Source: a virus. From it: 64,000 nucleotides of DNA. This document shows, in pieces, positions 56,755 to 64,000 of this stretch. The notes below the pieces were generated by a model, which did not search any database, was not told the DNA's origin, and saw only the letters and a list, made by a program, of their open reading frames with translations. The position numbers and the translations under genes were made by a program. The DNA lies in the IMG/VR virus record IMGVR_UViG_3300032092_000005, positions 1 to 64,000 of that record. One strand, given 5' to 3'. Within the stretch, counting starts at the first letter, position 1; each line of letters opens with the position of its first letter.

Positions 56755-57393
56755 ATGTACAACATCATTACATCTGTCGGAAGACTAAAGAATATTCCAC
56801 TAATCAAGAACCACATTGAGCCACATAACATTAAGTGGCATGTGATTACTGATGAAGACATTGGATTTAGTTTAAAATTCATTGAGCCATGGATATCGAA
56901 TTATGTATGTCCAAATGATCGAGTAGCATTTTGGGCGAGGTGTCATGGCGCATTAAATTGGTTTATTGAAACTCAAGAAATCAATGATGATGAAATGTAT
57001 TGCTTCATGAATGATGATGATGGTTATGAGTCGGACTTCTTTTCTAAAGTTACTAATGTTATTTCGGAAGTAAAGTCTACTCATAGCGTTGACGTTGATG
57101 TAGTTATTGTCAGTATGAAAAGAGGAGATGCAACTCCCCACGATGCTGGTCCAGGTAGAGGTCACGGCACTAGTACGCTTTTTGCGCATCCTGATAATAT
57201 GAGAATTGGTAGTGTTGGACTTGAACAGATTGTTGTTAGAGGTAGAGTATTGAAAAACTATAGACTTGGTATGCATATTGCTGGTGATGGAGAAATGATC
57301 AGTAGAATCACTCAAGAGAATCCTGTCGCGTATGCGCAAGATGTATATGCATTATTTAATTATTTTGAACCTGGACGTTGGAGTAAAGTATGA
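56755..57393 (+). CDS. Putative GT-A glycosyltransferase
   Basis: FMNDDD DxD-like motif; DG; cluster context. Confidence 0.5.
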   Translation: MYNIITSVGRLKNIPLIKNHIEPHNIKWHVITDEDIGFSLKFIEPWISNYVCPNDRVAFWARCHGALNWFIETQEINDDEMYCFMNDDDGYESDFFSKVTNVISEVKSTHSVDVDVVIVSMKRGDATPHDAGPGRGHGTSTLFAHPDNMRIGSVGLEQIVVRGRVLKNYRLGMHIAGDGEMISRITQENPVAYAQDVYALFNYFEPGRWSKV

Positions 57394-59305
57394 ACGGATT
57401 ATTCATTAACACTATAAAAGCTAGTTGTAGCATCTATAGCAGTGGACTAATGCTGCATCAATATCTTCAATCTTCTGAATGGAATTTAGACTATGTAGAG
57501 GTTGATAAACTGTCGGTCAATGATCTACATGAGGGAAAAATTGTTTCTGATAACTTATCTGAAGCTTATGATTTCTATATTTTTAACTATCATCCTTGGA
57601 CTATGCGACAAATGGCAGGAGTTGATGCATCACGACTATCAAAACTTCCTGGTAAAAAATATTCTATCATATTAGAAATGAATAAGAATGATGCATTCCC
57701 CAGTCACATAGGCATGAACAGATCAGGATTCGATGGATGCTTAATTATCGATCCGACATTTAAATCGGATGATCCAAAGCTTCATGCATTTCCTAGACCA
57801 ATTATAAATTGCTTACCTATGAAGAAGATAGAAGTTATTCCTGAAATTCCTATGATAGGTAGTTTTGGTTATGCAACAATAGACAAGAATTTTGAATTGA
57901 TTGTTCAACAAGCTTCTAAAGAATTCGAAAAAGCAATTGTAAGAATAAATTTACCAGTAGCACACTATGTTCCTAATGATGAATTTAATAAGATTAAGTT
58001 TGATTGTGAAAAGTATGTACGCCCCGGAATTGAATTGAGACTTACTAGAGATTACATGAGTGATAGTGACTTGGTCCAATGGTGTGGAGAAAATGATTTA
58101 AATTGTTTCATGTATAATAGAAATCTTACTGGTCTAGCAGCAACGCCAGATCAGAGTATAGCTTCAGGTGCGCCATTAGCAGTATCGGATAACACTACAT
58201 TTAGGCACTTGCATGACTACATTCGTCCATTCCCTGAGTGGACATTTAAAGACTCTATGTTAAAAAGTCAAGATGGAATTGCTAGAATGAGAGAAGCGTG
58301 GAGTAGTGAAGCTTGCGTTAACAGATTTAAAGAAATACATTTTAGCGGAGAAAATAAATGAAACAGATTGCGCTAGTTAGTGGACCAGTACAAGCATGTG
58401 GTATTTTTTATTGGGGTAGTAATGTATATGATATATTAAAGAACAGCGAGAAGTATAAATTTTATTTTGTAACTGCATCAAGCTATCAAGAATTCTTAGC
58501 AAAGACACATGATGCCGATTTAATTATCTATAATTGGCATTATGTAACTATGCCATGGTGTACGACAGAAGTTTTTACGAATACTCTAAAACCCCAATTT
58601 TTAATTCATGGCCACACATTAAATTCGGAACTAATTGATTTCACTGGCATAGATGAATTCATTACCGTAGATCCGTCAATGAATTATGGACTTAAAAACT
58701 TTCATTCTGGTTATAGACCTATTGCATATTATGATGATATCGTGTATAATAAACCCAACAGCGTATTAAAGATAGGAACTAGTGGCGTAGGTCATGATGG
58801 CAAGAACATAAATTCGATGCTAAATTTGATCAACGAGCAGTTTGATGAACCAGTCATATTCAATATTCATTGGAGCTTAGGTGACTATGCTGGAGGCACT
58901 GCCGCCGGACTAGAACAGAAGTTGAATGCATTGAAATCATTAGCAAAGCCTAACGTAGAATTAAATTTTACTATAAAACGACTGTCGGAATATGATAACG
59001 TAAAATGGCTCAACAATAATGATATCAATCTATACATGTATAATAATTATGATTGTGATGGTGTAAGTGCTAGTGTAGATAAAGCATTAGCAGCAAAGAA
59101 GCCCATCGGCGTAAACACTACAGGATATTTTAGACACATCATATCAGACGAAATTAACATAGATAAAACACCCATTAAAAACATTATCAATAGTGGAATA
59201 GCTCCAATAGAAAAATATTATAATATGTGGAACCCTAAAACATTTTTAAAACAATACGAAGATATCTTTGATGAATTCTTCAAACGAGACTATGTTAAAA
59301 TTTGA
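57390..59305 (+). CDS. Two paralogous putative GT-B glycosyltransferases (57390-58361, 58358-59305)
   Basis: Shared IG..G...K, NDLN/NDIN..MY, G..A..D...A...P, FRH. Confidence 0.55.
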
Positions 59306-60020
59306 TATCGTATTGCAGGGCGAATTCACACCCTTTACAAAAGTAATTATTGAGGAGTATCAAAAGCTTCCATTTGTAGAAAATATTATACTTTCCACAT
59401 ACGAAACTTCAGACATACCGAATGATGTAAACGTTATCTTCAACGAATTGGTTTTTCCTAGAGGATTAGGCAATCGCAATCTTCAAATCAATACATCAAA
59501 GAATGGACTATCATTAGTGCAAAGTAAATACTGCATTAAGATGAGAACGGATCAACTCATTAGAGACATGCCATTAATGTATGAGTACTGGAACAAAGAC
59601 AGAAGAGAAGATGGTAAAGTATTTGTTATGGGAATGTATAAAGCATTTCCATATCATCCCAGAGATCATGTATTTTGGGGTAGAACAGAAGACGTAGTAA
59701 ATGTATTTGATGTTCCCTTTGATATTGAAAGAGGCTCAAATCAAGATTATACATACAATACAAGAGCAGAAACCTATATTGGGCAGTATTATTATGCAAG
59801 ATTCGATTCATCTATATGGGATCATATAAACGATCCACTCACGTTCCTAGTTGATAGTGCAATAAGAAAAAATGAAGCACTTGAAAAAGATTATAAACTT
59901 AGAGATAGAGTTTTTGTTCCTTTTCCTAGAGTCAGCATGGCATGGCCTAAACATGGACTGAACGAATATCATTATCACATCGGACAAACGCTTACGGAGT
60001 ATTGGGGAAAAAATGATTAA
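59292..60020 (+). CDS. WavE-like LPS synthesis protein
   Basis: IVLQG, IILST, N.N.QI....NGL, KMRTD, H..D. Confidence 0.7.
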   Translation: MLKFDIVLQGEFTPFTKVIIEEYQKLPFVENIILSTYETSDIPNDVNVIFNELVFPRGLGNRNLQINTSKNGLSLVQSKYCIKMRTDQLIRDMPLMYEYWNKDRREDGKVFVMGMYKAFPYHPRDHVFWGRTEDVVNVFDVPFDIERGSNQDYTYNTRAETYIGQYYYARFDSSIWDHINDPLTFLVDSAIRKNEALEKDYKLRDRVFVPFPRVSMAWPKHGLNEYHYHIGQTLTEYWGKND

Positions 60021-60549
60021 ACTTATTCTTCTTGATGTTGATGGTGTAATGACAGATGGTAGAAAATACTACGACAAAGATGGCGCCGTCATACTTAAAA
60101 CATTTTGTGATAAAGACTGGACTGCAATCAAGCGATTCCGAGCGTTAGGAATTGAAGTTGCTTTTCTTTCTGGTGACGGCTTCAATGCAAATATTGCAAA
60201 AAATAGAAACATACCATTCTATCTAAATCGAAGTAATGGAAAACATTCTGATAAATTAGGATTTCTTCCTAAAATATGTGATGATTTTAATGTAGAAGCT
60301 GAAAATATTCTTTATGTTGGTGATGATATCTTTGATGTAAGAATTGCAAAAGCAGTAGGACATGCATATTGTCCATGTGATGCAGTATTTGATATGATAT
60401 ATGAATGTAAAATATTATCTCGAAATGGCGGTGATAATGTTATTGAAGCTTTATTTGAAGAGTTAACTGTAAATGAGTTAATTCCAAGTTATGATTTTGA
60501 TGGACATTTAGATGCAGTATATGAATTGGACGAGAAAGAGAAATTCTAA
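60013..60549 (+). CDS. KdsC-like HAD phosphatase
   Basis: LDVDGVMTDG, F..KD, YVGDD..D, P.DA. Confidence 0.85.
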   Translation: MIKLILLDVDGVMTDGRKYYDKDGAVILKTFCDKDWTAIKRFRALGIEVAFLSGDGFNANIAKNRNIPFYLNRSNGKHSDKLGFLPKICDDFNVEAENILYVGDDIFDVRIAKAVGHAYCPCDAVFDMIYECKILSRNGGDNVIEALFEELTVNELIPSYDFDGHLDAVYELDEKEKF

Positions 60550-61205
60550 TGCATGACATAGCACTATATGGACATTTAGTATTTGATACAATTAATGATT
60601 ATTCAAAAACTGAAAACGAAATTGGTGGCATAGTAAATGTTTGGAAAGCATTAACTAGTTTCAACACGACATTAAAACTTTATGTTTGTCCAACAAATAT
60701 TGGCACATCAACTATTACAATCGATAAAGAAAATAGTCAACGCACTAGCGAATCACAATTAAATTCTATTGTAGTTAATGTAAAATGCGAACCAAGTATT
60801 ATCAGTCATATTGCATATATCAATTATATTGACGATTTAAGCTTTTTAGAAAATATAAAGTCGAATTTAATTTTTGCTGATGTATGTTCTGGTAAAGAGA
60901 TAGACAAAGAAGCATACAAATACTTAGATTATATTTTTGTATCAGAAGAAGATATAGGCATATTAAAAGATATTGAAGAGTTTGATGGCATAGTTATTAC
61001 ACATTCACCAATGAAGAGTTATGACAATAAAGGTAAGTTTTTTGTTCTTGATGAAGATAGATATATAAAAGGTGTAAACGTATTGGGTGCTGGAGATTAC
61101 TATGCAGCACGTTTCATGCATGAAAAGTTGCATCATAAATCGGATTATCAGTCTATGGTAGCTTCTCACATATCAACCACAAACTATTTGAAAAGTAAAT
61201 TATGA
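60549..61205 (+). CDS. PfkB-like carbohydrate kinase
   Basis: G.LVFD, GG..NV, LGAGD. Confidence 0.65.
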   Translation: MHDIALYGHLVFDTINDYSKTENEIGGIVNVWKALTSFNTTLKLYVCPTNIGTSTITIDKENSQRTSESQLNSIVVNVKCEPSIISHIAYINYIDDLSFLENIKSNLIFADVCSGKEIDKEAYKYLDYIFVSEEDIGILKDIEEFDGIVITHSPMKSYDNKGKFFVLDEDRYIKGVNVLGAGDYYAARFMHEKLHHKSDYQSMVASHISTTNYLKSKL

Positions 61206-62362
61206 AAACAAATGTATTGGTACCTATGGCAGGTTTGGGTAGTCGCTTTCAAAAAGAAGGCTTTACTGTACCTAAACAATTAATTAATATTAAAGATAGA
61301 CAATTAATTGATATCTCATTAGACTGTTTAAATACTACAGACTGCAATTTAATTTTTATTATTCGTGATGACCATGTTTATAATTTTAGAATGGATGAAA
61401 TTCTAAGAATGAAATTTGGTGATGATATTAAAGTTGTTGTTCTAGATCACTTAACTAGAGGCTCGGTTGAAAGTTGCTTATATGCAGCCGAGTATATTGA
61501 TAATGATGCGCCTCTTGTTATTCATACATTAGATATCGAATTTAGTCCAGTATTTGATCCAAAAACTGTTGGTGAAATCATTGATGCTGATGGCGTATTA
61601 TTAACATTCAAATCAAATAGTGCAAATTATAGTTATGCTAAATTAGATAAAGATGGTTATTACGTAACTGAAACTGCTGAAAAGAAAGCAATTAGTTCTG
61701 ATGCGTGCGTAGGTATTTATGGATTCAAACGCGGATCAGATTTTTGTAATTATGCAAGAAAAATGATTGAAAACGATATTCGTACAAACAATGAATTTTA
61801 TATTGCACCACTATACAATCTTTTAATTAATAATGGACTTAAGATTATTACAGTACCAGTAGAAAAAATGCATGTATTTGGTACGCCTGATGAATTTAGA
61901 TTTTATAAAAAGAATGTCATGAAGCGTTTTGGTGATAAGCCTGTTGCTTTATGTAGCGACCATTCTGGGTTTGAAGCTAAAGAATTATTTAAATCTATTT
62001 TGAGTGATATGGATGTACCGTATATTGATTATGGAACTGTTGTTAATCGTGACTGCAATTACAAAGACTTTATTAGTCAAGCAGTTAAAGGAATAGAAGA
62101 TGGTGATTGTGACTTTGCATTTAGTTTCTGTAGAACTGGTCAGGGTGTAAATATATGTGCAAACAAATATAAAGGAATTCGTTCTGCATTGATCTATGAT
62201 AATAATGCTATGGAAATGGCAATACGCCATAACTGCGCAAACTTCTTTGCTATACCTGCAATAAATGCTACAGTAGAAAACTTACAAGAGTATATTGAAA
62301 TTGGATTTCAGCATTCATTTGATGGAGGCAGACACCAAATTAGAATACAGGAACTTGAATGA
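61202..62362 (+). CDS. Nucleotidyltransferase (BcbE-like) fused to RpiB/LacAB isomerase
   Basis: PMAGLGSRF...PK, NEFYIAP.YN, GTP; SDHSG, C.TGQG..I.ANK..GIR, HN.AN, FDGGRH..RI. Confidence 0.85.
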   Translation: MKTNVLVPMAGLGSRFQKEGFTVPKQLINIKDRQLIDISLDCLNTTDCNLIFIIRDDHVYNFRMDEILRMKFGDDIKVVVLDHLTRGSVESCLYAAEYIDNDAPLVIHTLDIEFSPVFDPKTVGEIIDADGVLLTFKSNSANYSYAKLDKDGYYVTETAEKKAISSDACVGIYGFKRGSDFCNYARKMIENDIRTNNEFYIAPLYNLLINNGLKIITVPVEKMHVFGTPDEFRFYKKNVMKRFGDKPVALCSDHSGFEAKELFKSILSDMDVPYIDYGTVVNRDCNYKDFISQAVKGIEDGDCDFAFSFCRTGQGVNICANKYKGIRSALIYDNNAMEMAIRHNCANFFAIPAINATVENLQEYIEIGFQHSFDGGRHQIRIQELE

Positions 62363-62688
62363 AAGTATCAAACATAAATGATTATGTAAAAGGATGGTTT
62401 GTAGGAGACTTTAATCCATCTATTTTTAATAATTCATTTTTTGAGGTCGGTCACCACAAACACAGAAAAGGTGAAGACACATTTCCACACTATCATAAAG
62501 TCACAACAGAACTTAACTACATTGTCCGAGGAGAACTTATTGTATCCAGCAAACATCTCAAAGAAGGTGATATGTGGACATACGAAAAGAATGAAGTTTC
62601 TGATGTAGAATTTTTAACTGATGTTGAATTGATAGTAATTCGTTGGCCCAGCATACCGAGTGATAAATATGAAATTAATTGCACATAG
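62359..62688 (+). CDS. Cupin protein
   Basis: GWFVGDF.P, H.HK..TE, PS...DK. Confidence 0.7.
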   Translation: MKVSNINDYVKGWFVGDFNPSIFNNSFFEVGHHKHRKGEDTFPHYHKVTTELNYIVRGELIVSSKHLKEGDMWTYEKNEVSDVEFLTDVELIVIRWPSIPSDKYEINCT

Positions 62689-63115
62689 AGGACTACTTAA
62701 TGGTCCAGATGTTAACCTTGAGAATCGTCCCGAACAAATTGAATTGGCACTGTCTCTAGGATTTGATTGTGAAATTGATCTTTGGTTAGTTAATTCTGAA
62801 TTTTATTTAGGACACGATAGACCAGACTATGCAGTTGATAAATCATTCTTAAATAATTTTGGACTGTGGATACATGCCAAAAATTTATCGGCATTACGTT
62901 GGCTAACTGATACCACCGGGCTGTGCTATTTCTGGCATGAAAAAGACCAATTCACTTTAACAAGCAATAAATTTATCTGGACTTATCCAGGCAAAGAACT
63001 AACTCAACGTAGCATAGCAGTTCTACCAGAATTGCTTGATCCTGAATTTAAAAATCTACCAACCAACTGTTTTGGTATATGTTCAGATTACGTAGAAAAA
63101 ATGCAGTCTAAATAA
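62669..63115 (+). CDS. GDPD/PI-PLC-like phosphodiesterase
   Basis: IAHRG, EN, EID, LGHD, WIHAKN, GICSD. Confidence 0.75.
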   Translation: MKLIAHRGLLNGPDVNLENRPEQIELALSLGFDCEIDLWLVNSEFYLGHDRPDYAVDKSFLNNFGLWIHAKNLSALRWLTDTTGLCYFWHEKDQFTLTSNKFIWTYPGKELTQRSIAVLPELLDPEFKNLPTNCFGICSDYVEKMQSK

Positions 63116-63164
63116 ATGTCCACCCTGCGGTGGATATTTCAAAACCACAACGAAAGGAAATGAT

Positions 63165-63653
63165 ATGAAAGCTATCATGGCTTTACTATCTTCATTATTT
63201 TTGTGTGTACTAATGGCATCATCAAGCTATGCCAACACAAATGCAATTAAATTATCAGCAGACTCAAGCAAGTCTGACGTATATTGGATGGCAATGAACA
63301 TCTATTACGAAGCAGGCAATCAACCACTAATCGGAAAGATTGCAGTTGGTGTAGTCACACTGAACAGGCTTCACGACAAACGTTTTCCAAAAAACATCCG
63401 TGACGTAGTTACTCAACCATCACAGTTTTCTTGGTACTCAGCTAAGAGTGCAGCGCCACCTGCCAATAACAAAATGTGGAAAGAATCGTATCGTGTCGCT
63501 AGTTTGCTATTGACAAAAGCTGCTGGAAATGATATAATAGATATTCTCGAAGGTGCAACACATTTTCATGCTAACAACATAAAACCTATCTGGGTTAGTA
63601 CTGTCACTAAGATTGCGACTATTGAAGGTCACACATTCTATCGAATGAAATAA
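63165..63653 (+). CDS. SleB-like cell wall hydrolase
   Basis: NIYYEA, AV..V.LNR, QFSW, GATHFHA, H.FY; signal peptide. Confidence 0.88.
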   Translation: MKAIMALLSSLFLCVLMASSSYANTNAIKLSADSSKSDVYWMAMNIYYEAGNQPLIGKIAVGVVTLNRLHDKRFPKNIRDVVTQPSQFSWYSAKSAAPPANNKMWKESYRVASLLLTKAAGNDIIDILEGATHFHANNIKPIWVSTVTKIATIEGHTFYRMK

Positions 63654-63666
63654 AAAGGAATTAATT

Positions 63667-63906
63667 ATGGATTTAAAGATTTTGACACAGAAGGAATTTG
63701 AAGCTGAAATAAAACAGATTCAAAAAGACAAGCATCCGATACCTCTTATCGATGCTATTCTAGAGTTTTGTGACAAAAAGAATATTGAGATTGAAACAGC
63801 AGCATCATTGATTACGCCTAGAATGAAAACTGCACTTGAAGGCGAAGCTATGAAAGCTCGCATGATTACACCTAAGGCGCGATTACCTATAGAACTTGAG
63901 GACTAA
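63667..63906 (+). CDS. 33: Late promoter transcription coactivator (gp33-like)
   Basis: F..EI.......IDAI..FC....IEIETAA.LI...K..LE.EA; C-terminal RLPI. Confidence 0.75.
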   Translation: MDLKILTQKEFEAEIKQIQKDKHPIPLIDAILEFCDKKNIEIETAASLITPRMKTALEGEAMKARMITPKARLPIELED

Positions 63907-64000
63907 CATATGCAATGGAAAATTACACCGTCAACTAAAAAATCTATTCTCGACAAGACTTATTGGTACAAAGGGGACATGCGAGTTTGCCAAGAAACTG

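Overview
This 64 kb window comes from a large lytic T4-like (Tevenvirinae-type) myophage. The evidence is gp61 primase, T4-type RNase H, gp33, TATAAATA late promoters, ThyX, class Ia NrdAB and PhoH. The host is probably a Gram-negative aquatic bacterium, inferred from the spanins and the two-piece tmRNA. Layout: 0.5-9.4 kb capsid-cargo/virion genes; 9.4-11.7 kb lysis cassette; 11.8-28 kb replication and nucleotide genes plus a minus-strand island; 28-35 kb small early genes behind repeated sigma70 promoter cassettes; 35.3-42.7 kb a 28-tRNA array covering all 20 amino acids; 43-54 kb RNA ligase, phosphatases, PhoH, GNATs and a permuted tmRNA; 54.5-63 kb a nucleotide-sugar/glycan cluster. The most striking signals lie in and around the tRNA array. 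(1) Six covarying Y-RNA-like scaffolds surround a DUF2828/vWA (Ro60-like) gene; one carries a circularly permuted tRNA domain (YrlA architecture) and one displays a bare Lys-UUU anticodon arm. (2) A 55-codon leader containing all 20 amino acids overlaps a mutually exclusive antiterminator/terminator, a candidate pan-codon attenuator. (3) A Lys-codon minigene precedes a hairpin whose loop is a perfect 16-nt antisense to the junction of the two tRNA-Lys genes. (4) rrn-like boxB/boxA leaders and processing stems are present. Together these suggest an undescribed phage translation-surveillance and tRNA-rescue system. All calls are by eye; no database search or folding program was run.
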